Source: an uncultured Gammaproteobacteria bacterium
GTDB taxonomy: Bacteria > Patescibacteriota > Patescibacteriia > SBBC01 > CAIJZX01
Direction: 5' to 3'
Length of the DNA stretch: 64,000 bases
Assembly: GCA_964518425.1 (NCBI GenBank)
Contig: CAZFGG010000002.1
Coordinates: 8,453 to 72,452 of the forward strand
Shown here: positions 51,516-59,839 of the stretch, piece after piece
Layout: the number at the start of each line of letters is the position of its first letter
Numbering within the stretch: the first letter of the stretch is position 1
Notes under the pieces: model-generated
Databases searched by the model: none
The model's input: the letters and a program-made list of their open reading frames with translations, nothing else
Told to the model about the DNA's origin: nothing
Made by a program: the position numbers and the translations under genes

Positions 51516-52358
51516 TTAGACCCAACGGGCAGATAAGAGTGTCAGCCCAATAACCGCCAGGCCGACCAGGGCGTATCGCCGTCCTCGGCCGGGGTGCCAT
51601 GTATGTAACCAGAGGTGCCGGGCAACTTGAGTATAAAGCAAACACATCGTGGTCGCCACCGTTGTGCCGACCAAGACCGCTGTTGGTAACCACCACGAGA
51701 CGATCCAGATCTCCGCCGTTAACACGACCGTCGGACCGAGCGTGCGCCAAACTCGGGAGGGCTCAAGTCCAGCATCCAGCCACACGACGACGCTCGCCAG
51801 GCTGGACGTGATGACCGTTACTACGAGCAATCGCCACAACGGCAGACCAAGAAAAACTGCCCAGCTCAGCGCGGTAAAGCCAAACGACCAGACGACGATC
51901 GTCATGATGAAGGCAGCAAATCGTCCACGTAACGGATCAGCCACCTGTCGCTGCTGATGATGCCACCAGCCCGTCAGTAGGCTACTACTCACCACGGCCA
52001 TCAGATGGGCCGGGAGTTGACGCCAAACAACTGACGTCACTGATGTCAGTCCACCGGCAAAGATAACAACGCCGACTGCTGATGTACAGATGAGCAGCGC
52101 GCCGAGCGCTCCAATCGGAACTCGACCGCGGCGCCGGTCGTGAAGATATTGTTGGATAATCGTCACCACCATAACCACGGCGGCCAAACCAAATCCGGCC
52201 AAGGCCAGGGATCGACGATTAGCAGAAGCAATAATCAGTTCAGCCGCTACAAACCAGGCTAGACCGATCGCTGTCCCTAGCCAGACCGGCGGGCCGAGAC
52301 GAGAAGCCTGGAGTGAGGATAGCGACGTTGGATTCATGTCGTTAGAAATGCTCATCAC
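51516..52358 (-). CDS. Multi-pass membrane protein
   Basis: About 9 hydrophobic helices; start uncertain (52358/52355/52337). Confidence 0.7.
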   Translation of the reverse strand: MMSISNDMNPTSLSSLQASRLGPPVWLGTAIGLAWFVAAELIIASANRRSLALAGFGLAAVVMVVTIIQQYLHDRRRGRVPIGALGALLICTSAVGVVIFAGGLTSVTSVVWRQLPAHLMAVVSSSLLTGWWHHQQRQVADPLRGRFAAFIMTIVVWSFGFTALSWAVFLGLPLWRLLVVTVITSSLASVVVWLDAGLEPSRVWRTLGPTVVLTAEIWIVSWWLPTAVLVGTTVATTMCLLYTQVARHLWLHTWHPGRGRRYALVGLAVIGLTLLSARWV

Positions 52359-52453
52359 AACGGTGACCGGCCGAGTTGAACAAAGAAAAACAGCGAGGGA
52401 TTTTCTAACGCGACCATAAGGTCAGCCTATCATAAATTGGCCCTGTTCTCAAG

Positions 52454-52621
52454 GCCCGTGCTGACTATCTCTGGTCGGAGGCGACGAGCTGATGCCGGGA
52501 CCCACTTACTCCCGTCGGAGTGAGCACCTGGTGAGATGCTGTAGTCACTCCCCGCGAGTTCCCATGTAGGGACTGTTGGCCTCGATCGTCGACGCCTCCT
52601 ACCACAAACTGCCAGCCGAAC
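52454..52621 (-). ncRNA. Rod-shaped structured RNA, candidate 6S RNA
   Basis: Long end-to-end pairing with a central bubble and apical hairpin; upstream promoter. Confidence 0.5.
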
Positions 52622-52708
52622 TATGGATTGTGAAGTCCATCAGACGCGCCTGGAGGCTGCGACCCGCAAAAAGTGACGGGTTCGTATGAAAATAGATTGT
52701 CTACTCCT

Positions 52709-52736
52709 ACTGTACGCCGTCGGCGCAGGCCGTCAA
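52709..52736 (-). promoter_or_regulatory. Sigma70 promoter upstream of the candidate RNA
   Basis: TTGACG-16 nt-TACAGT on the minus strand. Confidence 0.55.
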
Positions 52737-52783
52737 GAGATTTATGCACCGTTGAAGTGGAAAACCCTCGTCTTGGCCTAACG

Positions 52784-53665
52784 TCAGGCCTGAATCGACA
52801 GTCGCTGGTTGGTGTGTCGCACAATGCCCGTGGAAGCCAGGGCCGTGACTAACCGTCTAAATCTTAGGACGGGCAGCGAGCCAAACTCTTTCAGCCTTTT
52901 CTGCAGCTGCCGCGAAGTCATTGGACCGGCGTGGACTAGCGAAGAGACAATTCGCCCGCGCCAGAAGCGGTCAGTCTCCTCAAATCTTATACTACCCTGC
53001 TTCTGTGTTTGTTTCATTGGTTGAAGAACGGCTGGATAGGCCCGGCAGTATTGTTGGACCGGACAAATTTCGCACTTTGGTCGGCGGGCTTGGCAAACTA
53101 AGGCACCGAAGTCCATGAGCGCAGCGTTCCAGTCATGAACTCGGCCGCTCGGCGCAAGAGAATCGACAACGGTTTCCAGCTTCTGTTGAGAAGGCCGGCG
53201 TAGCCCGAAAAATATCCGGGTGATGACGCGACGAAAGTTGGTATCAATCGCCGGTTCATCAAGACCGAAAGCAAAGCTGGCCACGGCCCGGGCAGTATAC
53301 GGTCCAATACCGGGCAAAGTTTCTAATTGCTCAACATTGCTTGGAATTTTTCCGTGATACTGCTCAACAATAACTTTTGCCAATTCACGTAGCCGTTGTC
53401 CGCGGGAATTGTAACCGAGGCCAGACCACAATTTCAGAACTTTCGTCAGCGGAGCAGGGGCCAATGATTGGACCGTGGGAAATGTTTTCAGCCAGGCGTT
53501 GTATTTCGGGATCACCCGGTCGACCTGGGTTTGTTGGAGCATCACCTCAGAAACAAGAATCGCATAGGGGTCGCGTGTGCGTCGCCAGGGCAAATCGCGG
53601 CGGTGGATGGAGAACCACGACAGCAATCGACTACGAATGGTTCTTTCGGGTGGGCGGGGCTTCAC
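52784..53665 (-). CDS. mutY: A/G-specific adenine glycosylase (short form without the NUDIX-like domain)
   Basis: RDLPWR, VSEVMLQQT, GLGY, LPGIGPYTA, C-x6-C-x2-C-x5-C Fe-S motif. Confidence 0.92.
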   Translation of the reverse strand: MKPRPPERTIRSRLLSWFSIHRRDLPWRRTRDPYAILVSEVMLQQTQVDRVIPKYNAWLKTFPTVQSLAPAPLTKVLKLWSGLGYNSRGQRLRELAKVIVEQYHGKIPSNVEQLETLPGIGPYTARAVASFAFGLDEPAIDTNFRRVITRIFFGLRRPSQQKLETVVDSLAPSGRVHDWNAALMDFGALVCQARRPKCEICPVQQYCRAYPAVLQPMKQTQKQGSIRFEETDRFWRGRIVSSLVHAGPMTSRQLQKRLKEFGSLPVLRFRRLVTALASTGIVRHTNQRLSIQA

Positions 53666-53685
53666 CGATGGAGTATATCAGAGAT

Positions 53686-53720
53686 AAAAAATCCCCTCGA
53701 CTCCGAAGAATCGAGGGGAA
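53686..53720 (-). terminator. Intrinsic terminator of the island operon
   Basis: TCCCCTCGA/TCGAGGGGA stem followed by a T-run on the minus strand. Confidence 0.8.
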
Positions 53721-53733
53721 AGAGAAAGAGCGA

Positions 53734-55263
53734 TTACTGCTGATAGGCCACAATCCGAACGTTCCGGATAACAAACCCGTCGGCAGTTGAAGGAAAGAGC
53801 TTGAGATTCGAGAAGTGTTCGAGCTGCTCGGCTGTCGGGGTGAACGGGGTGGACCAGAACGTCTTCCATTCGCCCGCAACCGGCAAGCTGGACTGGCTGA
53901 TGACCAGGCCGAGGTCCTTGGCGCCCGGGGTGAAATTCCCGAGACCGAAGGTTAGATCAATGGCCGTTGTCGCTTCGTACTCGAGACCGATGCTGTACTT
54001 CACGTTCGGCTTGAAGACGTCGCGGATTGGTTGGCCGACTCCCATCCACTGCTTGATCGACTGATCGGGCAGTGTCTGGAGATTAGGATTGGAACCGGTA
54101 CAGCACTGGCTCGGTCCCTGCAAGCAGTCAGGAGCATGCGGAATGAAGCGTCCAGGGCAGGGGCTGCCCGTGCCAAGGCAAGGATTGTTCGACGAGGTCG
54201 TGAAGGAACGACACCCAGACCAACTACTGAAAGCACCACACTCGTTCTTGGCCCGCACTCTCCAGAAGTACATTGTGCCTTGGGCCAACGAACTGATTGT
54301 CGCCGATGAAGTTGCGGTTGAAGTTACTCCTCCGCTTCCACAACTCGTCCCTACCTGCACTTCGTAACCAACTGCGCGGGTAGCTTCAGACCAATCAAGC
54401 CCGACAGTGGTGGAGACCCCAGAAGCTCCATCAGGTGGTGTGTTCAGAGATGGTGTTGTGGGAGCTGAGATGGCCAACAGAGCCTCTGCCACTTGCGCTC
54501 CTGCACCTCCCTTGGTTGCTCCATCGAAGAAGAGCTCCGAAGAGGACCCACCGTCGAACTTGATGGCGGCATAGGAGCCGAGAGAGATCAGGAAGTCCAT
54601 GACGGTAAAGACGTCTACCCCGCCGCTTGAAACGACGACGTACATCGTATTTCCATCCTGGGAAACTCCGGCGGCCGATATGCGCTCCACCGAAGTCACT
54701 CCCTCGCACGCATCTAGAACGTGCTGAGAATAACCCTCTCCATTCACTGTGCAGCAACCCGACCTCGTCCAGAACCGTGCGCCATTCTTGACGATTTGTG
54801 GCCCACCGCCGACAACATTATATAGAAATGCCGGATCGGTTCGGGTGCCTCCACAGACTTCATCCCCCGAGAACCTGGGCGGACCATTGTAGCCAGTCTG
54901 AATAGAGGTTTGATTCCCCGTTGATATCCCTAGAGATGTTCTGAATCGGTCGCAGTTGTATTTCTGCCCAAGAACGTACGCCATGGCATCGGGTGGCTGG
55001 GTGCCGCCGAAGTAGTCGGCATTGATTCCCAGCGCCGCTTGGTGATTGACGGCCATCCCGTTCACCCTTTGCCGTCCACCAATGTAATCATTGTTCCCGA
55101 AAGCGGTCAGAAAACAGAAGTTCGCGTTCAGGTCTACAGTCACGACCTGGAAGCCGTGGCCGGAGTACGTAGGGTTGGAGTAGGTCATGCCGGGAACGGC
55201 CCCCCACCCCTCCACCGGAACCAACAGGACTCCGGCCACCAATAGCATCATCAGACGCTTCAT
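53734..55263 (-). CDS. Secreted phosphodiester glycosidase (NAGPA-like) + FN3 + Cys-rich linker + unknown C-terminal beta domain
   Basis: Signal peptide; GINADYF, GGGPQIV, RISAAG, FDGGSS; YFWRVRAKN FN3; SD GGAGG. Confidence 0.78.
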   Translation of the reverse strand: MKRLMMLLVAGVLLVPVEGWGAVPGMTYSNPTYSGHGFQVVTVDLNANFCFLTAFGNNDYIGGRQRVNGMAVNHQAALGINADYFGGTQPPDAMAYVLGQKYNCDRFRTSLGISTGNQTSIQTGYNGPPRFSGDEVCGGTRTDPAFLYNVVGGGPQIVKNGARFWTRSGCCTVNGEGYSQHVLDACEGVTSVERISAAGVSQDGNTMYVVVSSGGVDVFTVMDFLISLGSYAAIKFDGGSSSELFFDGATKGGAGAQVAEALLAISAPTTPSLNTPPDGASGVSTTVGLDWSEATRAVGYEVQVGTSCGSGGVTSTATSSATISSLAQGTMYFWRVRAKNECGAFSSWSGCRSFTTSSNNPCLGTGSPCPGRFIPHAPDCLQGPSQCCTGSNPNLQTLPDQSIKQWMGVGQPIRDVFKPNVKYSIGLEYEATTAIDLTFGLGNFTPGAKDLGLVISQSSLPVAGEWKTFWSTPFTPTAEQLEHFSNLKLFPSTADGFVIRNVRIVAYQQ

Positions 55264-55272
55264 GGCGTCCTC

Positions 55273-56601
55273 CTATTGTTTCGCCGTCGTGGTTTCGACC
55301 GGATCGAGGTAGGTGTTTTCATAGTTCTTCTGGCGAGCGATGGCCTGCCAGGAGAACTCGTCGTTGCCACCGGCCGGGTCGATGACCGTGAAGCCGGTAG
55401 CGTCGCGTTCGATGTACCACTCGCCATGCTGGCCGTAGATCGTCACGTTGACTGCCAGCGGATACTTCCCGTTAACGGTCACAGTCGCCATGAACTTCGG
55501 CGAGAGGTCGACGCGACACCGTCCGTTGACGAGGCGAGCCGATGGCTCGTCGTCCATGAACAGCGCGTGTCCCGATTCGGTCGCGTTCAACTTCACTTGA
55601 CCGAAGTCGGTGTTGACGACACGGCACTTGGTGCCAGCGACCGTTAGGTTGCCAGCAATGCTGACATTTCCAGTCGGGAAGAAGATGTTCCCACCGTCGG
55701 CCGACGCTCCGAAGATCTGCCGGTTGTCCCCCCAAAGATAGATTCCGAGAGCGTTGTTGTAGTTGTAGTGGTACTCGATCGAGGCCGTGTAGTTAGGCAT
55801 GTCGGTGTAATGCCTGAATCGAAGCTGCGCTGGATTCACCACCAATGAACCATCTGACCCGTTATCGGCATAAATATCGCCGATTACATGCAACTTTGAA
55901 CTTGGTGTGGTCGTGCCGATGCCGACGTTGCCGTTGTTGCGGTTGATCGCCAGGCGAATGTCGGTTTCGTCGCCAATTCCGTACATCCCTGCCGGCGGGT
56001 ACGTCCCTGTCGCTCCGTTAGCAAAGGCCATCGCCCCGCCTTCCGGACCAGAGTTGCGCAGCACTAGCAGGTTGGCCGATCCAGATGAGATGCTCTTCTG
56101 GACCAGCAACGGGGATTCCAGGCTACTCGTTCCAATGCTCACCCGACCATCCGTCCGCCACACGTTTATCCCATCCGTCGACCAGAGGTTGTCTCCGACC
56201 GAAGCGGCATTGAGAGCAAAGTTGGCGGTATCCGCGTGCTGGGACCGGAAAGCGTAGCCCGTGGTCGTCAGGGGCAAACGTGGATTCAGCACGTTCCCAT
56301 CAACCGTGACTTCGAGCCAGCGGGGGCTGGTGCCGAAGACGATGGTCGGAATGGGCGTGACATTGCCAAGCGTCGCAGTGAAGATGCCGCCCTGGACGTC
56401 GAGCGAGGAGCTCTCGGTCCAGAGGGCAGAACCGGCACTGGCGGCATCGTAGATCGAGAAGATCGCCGGATGAGAGCCGGTCATCGGGCTACCCGCGTTG
56501 AGCAGACGGCCCTGAACGTTCATCTGGCTGGGTACAGCTGCCATGACCGCCGAAGCGATCAGGAGGCTGAGGAACGTGAACAACATCATGAACTTTTTCA
56601 T
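55273..56601 (-). CDS. Secreted fibre-like protein with GNVGIGT repeats and tail-fibre-type C-terminal domain
   Basis: Signal peptide, VQGRL..FSIYD..LWTE..GIF..LG N-domain, G.V.IGT repeats, FSW...RQK.YE C-terminus; SD AAGGAG. Confidence 0.7.
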   Translation of the reverse strand: MKKFMMLFTFLSLLIASAVMAAVPSQMNVQGRLLNAGSPMTGSHPAIFSIYDAASAGSALWTESSSLDVQGGIFTATLGNVTPIPTIVFGTSPRWLEVTVDGNVLNPRLPLTTTGYAFRSQHADTANFALNAASVGDNLWSTDGINVWRTDGRVSIGTSSLESPLLVQKSISSGSANLLVLRNSGPEGGAMAFANGATGTYPPAGMYGIGDETDIRLAINRNNGNVGIGTTTPSSKLHVIGDIYADNGSDGSLVVNPAQLRFRHYTDMPNYTASIEYHYNYNNALGIYLWGDNRQIFGASADGGNIFFPTGNVSIAGNLTVAGTKCRVVNTDFGQVKLNATESGHALFMDDEPSARLVNGRCRVDLSPKFMATVTVNGKYPLAVNVTIYGQHGEWYIERDATGFTVIDPAGGNDEFSWQAIARQKNYENTYLDPVETTTAKQ

Positions 56602-56656
56602 GGCGCTCTCCTTGTCTGTAAGATCCGTCGGCGGTTGCCTCAGGATGACCTGTCGG

Positions 56657-57178
56657 TCACTTCAGCATGACGGTTTTGGCTGTCCGTTGATAGGAACCAG
56701 CGCTGAACTTCGTGAAGTAGACACCCGTCTTGACGTACTGCCCGTTGTCATCTCGTCCATCCCAGGTCACCGTGAAGGTGCCGGGGGACTGCGATTCGTG
56801 AATCAGCGTTCGAACCAACCCACCCTGCACGTTGAAGATGCCGAGAAAGACTGGCACTGGTCCGCGCGGGATGGCGTAGGTAATCGATGTCCGCGTCGAG
56901 AAGGGGTTTGGGGTGTTCTGTCGGAGCGCGAACTGTGTCGGGATCGCATCCTTGACGCTTGTCGTGATCGACGAGACTTGCCACCAGAACCCGAGATCAC
57001 CCTTGGTCGTTCCGCCGAGGATCGGACCGACGACTGGCTGGCTGAGGGTCAGGTCCATTTGGATGGAGCCGCTGGACATTGTGCCGCCGGGAGTACCGAT
57101 GACAACCTTGTCCAAGGTGATTTGAGCTGAAGCAGATGACGGGACGATCAGAAGTAACAGCAAAAACAGGTACCGCAT
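56657..57178 (-). CDS. Secreted protein with T9SS type-A/FlgD-Ig C-terminal domain
   Basis: Signal peptide; GG..TLSQP..GFW N-motif; LRQNTPNPF..IFNVQG.LVRTL..WDGRDDNG..GVYF..K; SD AAGGAGGT. Confidence 0.82.
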   Translation of the reverse strand: MRYLFLLLLLIVPSSASAQITLDKVVIGTPGGTMSSGSIQMDLTLSQPVVGPILGGTTKGDLGFWWQVSSITTSVKDAIPTQFALRQNTPNPFSTRTSITYAIPRGPVPVFLGIFNVQGGLVRTLIHESQSPGTFTVTWDGRDDNGQYVKTGVYFTKFSAGSYQRTAKTVMLK

Positions 57179-57309
57179 ACTGCACCTCCTTTTGACGGTT
57201 GACTACGTTGATATTCAGTTTTCAACGAGCCGTCCGTGAGCTACGTCAGACAAAAAACCATGTTCCAGGGTCTTTCCCTGGCACATTTTTTGCCTTAGCC
57301 ACTAGGGCC

Positions 57310-57337
57310 AGACTAGCACACATAGCCTCCTTGTCAA
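57310..57337 (-). promoter_or_regulatory. Promoter of the island operon
   Basis: TTGACA-16 nt-TAGTCT with TGn extension; back-to-back with the kinase promoter. Confidence 0.6.
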
Positions 57338-57341
57338 GCGG

Positions 57342-57370
57342 TTGACCCTGTCCGCGGTAGCCAGTACAAT
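57342..57370 (+). promoter_or_regulatory. Promoter of the deoxynucleoside kinase gene (leaderless)
   Basis: TTGACC-17 nt-TACAAT, ATG 6 nt downstream. Confidence 0.75.
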
Positions 57371-57376
57371 TCGATC

Positions 57377-58000
57377 ATGTTCATCGGCATCGTCGGCTGC
57401 ATTGGGGTGGGCAAATCAAATCTCACCGAGGCGCTAGCTAAACGTTTAGGCTATCGCGCCTTCTACGAACCGGTTAAAGAAAACCCATACTTGGACGACT
57501 TTTACGCCGACGGGAAACGCTGGTCCTTTGAGATGCAGATCTTCATGCTAACCCAACGGTTCAAGCAGCATCTCGAAATTCAAGAACTTCAAAAAAACGA
57601 CATCGGGGTTGTCCAAGACCAAATTATCTACGGCGACGTCATCTACGGCCAACTAACCCATGACTTCGGCTTGATGGACGATCGGGATTACAAGAACTAC
57701 CGGGCACACTTCGAAACGCTCCGCCCACTCCTCCGTTTACCCGACGTGGTCATCCACCTTGATACATCTGTTGATCAGGCCCTGGCGCGGATTCATCAAC
57801 GGGGCCGGTCAAGCGAAAAAAGTATCAGCCGGGAATATCTCCAGGCCCTGTCTGATCTGTTCACGGAATGGACGGACTCAGTCAAAGATAAAACAACCGT
57901 TCTGCGGCTGGACTGGAGTAGTTTCCAACCGGCGCACGAAGTCGTGAAGACCATCGAACAGAAACTGGAAATTCAGCTGCCGCTGCCAGTAGCTGCTTAA
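57377..58000 (+). CDS. Deoxynucleoside kinase
   Basis: GCIGVGKS, EPVKENPYL.DFY, RIHQRGR..E. Confidence 0.92.
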   Translation: MFIGIVGCIGVGKSNLTEALAKRLGYRAFYEPVKENPYLDDFYADGKRWSFEMQIFMLTQRFKQHLEIQELQKNDIGVVQDQIIYGDVIYGQLTHDFGLMDDRDYKNYRAHFETLRPLLRLPDVVIHLDTSVDQALARIHQRGRSSEKSISREYLQALSDLFTEWTDSVKDKTTVLRLDWSSFQPAHEVVKTIEQKLEIQLPLPVAA

Positions 58001-59067
58001 CGGCCCAGGGCTTTTTTCAGAGCGTCGACCGTTGGAATTGGACCGGGCTTCACTCGACGCATCGCCGCTAGGTACCAACTGACGTAACCACCGAACGCTA
58101 GAAGGTCAACACTTTTTTCTAATGGTGTGGTTCCACGAGGAGTGACGATACTGACTGACGCTCCGAGGTCTTCCAGGATTTTTTTCGTGAGCGTCAAACG
58201 GCGAAGGTTGCGTGGGTGGTAGTTTGCGTCGCGAATCATAACGGCATGAATCTGCTTCGTCACCGCTCGATTACGCAATCCTTCAAGCAAATGGTGATTA
58301 AGGTCGGGTAATTGATACCAGGCCGCAAAGGTCTTGGCGTTTTCATGAATCTGATTGGTCCAGGCATGAAGATTGCCGGCGGTCCATTCCGCGCCGATGA
58401 GCAAAGGAATTTTCCCAGCCAGGTTCATGGTTAGGCGCTTAGCGAGATTCACCTCGGCCGGATGGTGCTGACCATAGCGCTTGACTGCGGCTTGGGCGGT
58501 TTTTGCTAAACCCTGAATACTTCCTGTGCTGAGATGAAGCAAGCCAGCGGCCCGCCAGATGGCCACGGTGGCCATAAGACCATAGCCTAAGCCTAGCCGG
58601 GGTTGCTGTGACGGATTGAAGAGCGGCTGGAAGTTGATCAGTGGAATATTCCGGCGGCGGGCCTGGCGGGCTAACGCTCCCCCACTCGTGACCACGGCGA
58701 TCAACGCACCACGATGTTTAGCTTCATCCAAGCACGCCAGCGTCTCTTCGGTATTGCCGGAGTAACTTGAACAGACGACCAGGGTCGTCCGGTTTACCCA
58801 GGCCGGGAGTTGGTAATCAGCCACGATCGTTACTGGTACGCGAAGTTGCGTTGAGAAAACGTTCCTCAGAATATCGGGAGCTAAATGTGATCCACCCATT
58901 CCACAAATAGCAACCGAGGTTATTTTCCCTGCTCGTCCAGGCCAACGAAAATTCTTCGCTTGAGCCCAACCATCGGCGAGCTGGTCTGGCAAGCGCTCTA
59001 AGCTCGCTCCGATATAACCGGGGTCACGCTTCAATAATGGCAGGCGGTCAAATTGTCGAATCGTCAT
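57997..59067 (-). CDS. Bifunctional phosphoglucose/phosphomannose isomerase (SIS)
   Basis: GMGGS, SYSGNTEET, TSGG, QPR, ENAK, NHH. Confidence 0.9.
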   Translation of the reverse strand: MTIRQFDRLPLLKRDPGYIGASLERLPDQLADGWAQAKNFRWPGRAGKITSVAICGMGGSHLAPDILRNVFSTQLRVPVTIVADYQLPAWVNRTTLVVCSSYSGNTEETLACLDEAKHRGALIAVVTSGGALARQARRRNIPLINFQPLFNPSQQPRLGLGYGLMATVAIWRAAGLLHLSTGSIQGLAKTAQAAVKRYGQHHPAEVNLAKRLTMNLAGKIPLLIGAEWTAGNLHAWTNQIHENAKTFAAWYQLPDLNHHLLEGLRNRAVTKQIHAVMIRDANYHPRNLRRLTLTKKILEDLGASVSIVTPRGTTPLEKSVDLLAFGGYVSWYLAAMRRVKPGPIPTVDALKKALGR

Positions 59068-59780
59068 CGGGAACGGCTAGATTTTCGGGATGGGGACGCT
59101 CGGCGCTTCGCTGGAGCGAGATGATGGAGATGATAATACCGGAGCTGTTCAATAACTAATACCGCTAGGACCAGCAAAAGAGTCGGTGTAAAGAGCGTTT
59201 GCCAAGACCATCCAGCAAAGGCCTGATCTTCCCACCACCGCTGCGGGAGGCGCCATGAGTCCGACCAATTGGCAATGCTCGCCTGGCCATTATCAAGCGT
59301 CAGGCGGTAGCGGCCGGCTGGTGTCGAGGCGCTGTAGACGGCTAGGTAGTACGTTCCAGTCTGCTCAAGCCGGACGGGCGTATCAAGTGTCTGGCTATAG
59401 GTTACCTGGGTGAAGACATCAAATGTTTGGCGGAACGAGCTAGCTGGGTAGACCAAGGCCAAGGTGTGCGGAGGTTGATCCATCGGAAGCACCGGGCCGA
59501 TCGTTTGGCCATCTGGTTGATACAGAACGATGCGTGCGACAAAGTTTCGAGCCGCTTGAGGCTGACCAAGTTCAAGTCGGACGGTCACCGGCCGCGTCAC
59601 GTTCAATCGATAAAAATCAGCTTGCCCTTCGCTATTGAGCTGCCCGTACAGGATGGTTGGCGTGGCCGACAACGACAACGGTTGCGCCGATTGCCAGGTT
59701 TGTCCGGCCTGACTGACCGACGGCCAGAGCCCCACGGCTATAGCAAGGCTGACCAGGACAGATATTCTTGCGACGCGCAT
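59064..59780 (-). CDS. Secreted, C-terminally anchored protein with PPC-like beta-sandwich
   Basis: Signal peptide, DFYR..GTYYLAV..GRYRL, C-terminal TM and basic tail. Confidence 0.65.
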   Translation of the reverse strand: MRVARISVLVSLAIAVGLWPSVSQAGQTWQSAQPLSLSATPTILYGQLNSEGQADFYRLNVTRPVTVRLELGQPQAARNFVARIVLYQPDGQTIGPVLPMDQPPHTLALVYPASSFRQTFDVFTQVTYSQTLDTPVRLEQTGTYYLAVYSASTPAGRYRLTLDNGQASIANWSDSWRLPQRWWEDQAFAGWSWQTLFTPTLLLVLAVLVIEQLRYYHLHHLAPAKRRASPSRKSSRSR

Positions 59781-59839
59781 ACGAGTAGTGTACACAAGTC
59801 ATCCAACCGCGTCGAGCGAGCCGCCCAACGAAACGCAGT

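Noticed and set aside
52420-52780. RNase P RNA, tmRNA, SRP RNA or group II intron in the long intergenic region
   Set aside because: No GAGGAAAGTCC/AACCCGGCTTA, no tRNA-like ends, no SRP GGAA/AGCAG loop and no domain V motif on either strand
52621-52824. 67-aa ORF upstream of the candidate RNA
   Set aside because: It starts inside mutY, spans a promoter, and has no SD or recognisable motif
57236-57302. c-di-GMP-I riboswitch suggested by GGCAAA...GAAA
   Set aside because: The rest of the consensus (GACGCAAAG and the second stem) is missing; the sequence folds as one long hairpin
53686-57340. Prophage, integrative element or diversity-generating retroelement
   Set aside because: No integrase, transposase, reverse transcriptase, att-like direct repeats or TR/VR pair found by eye
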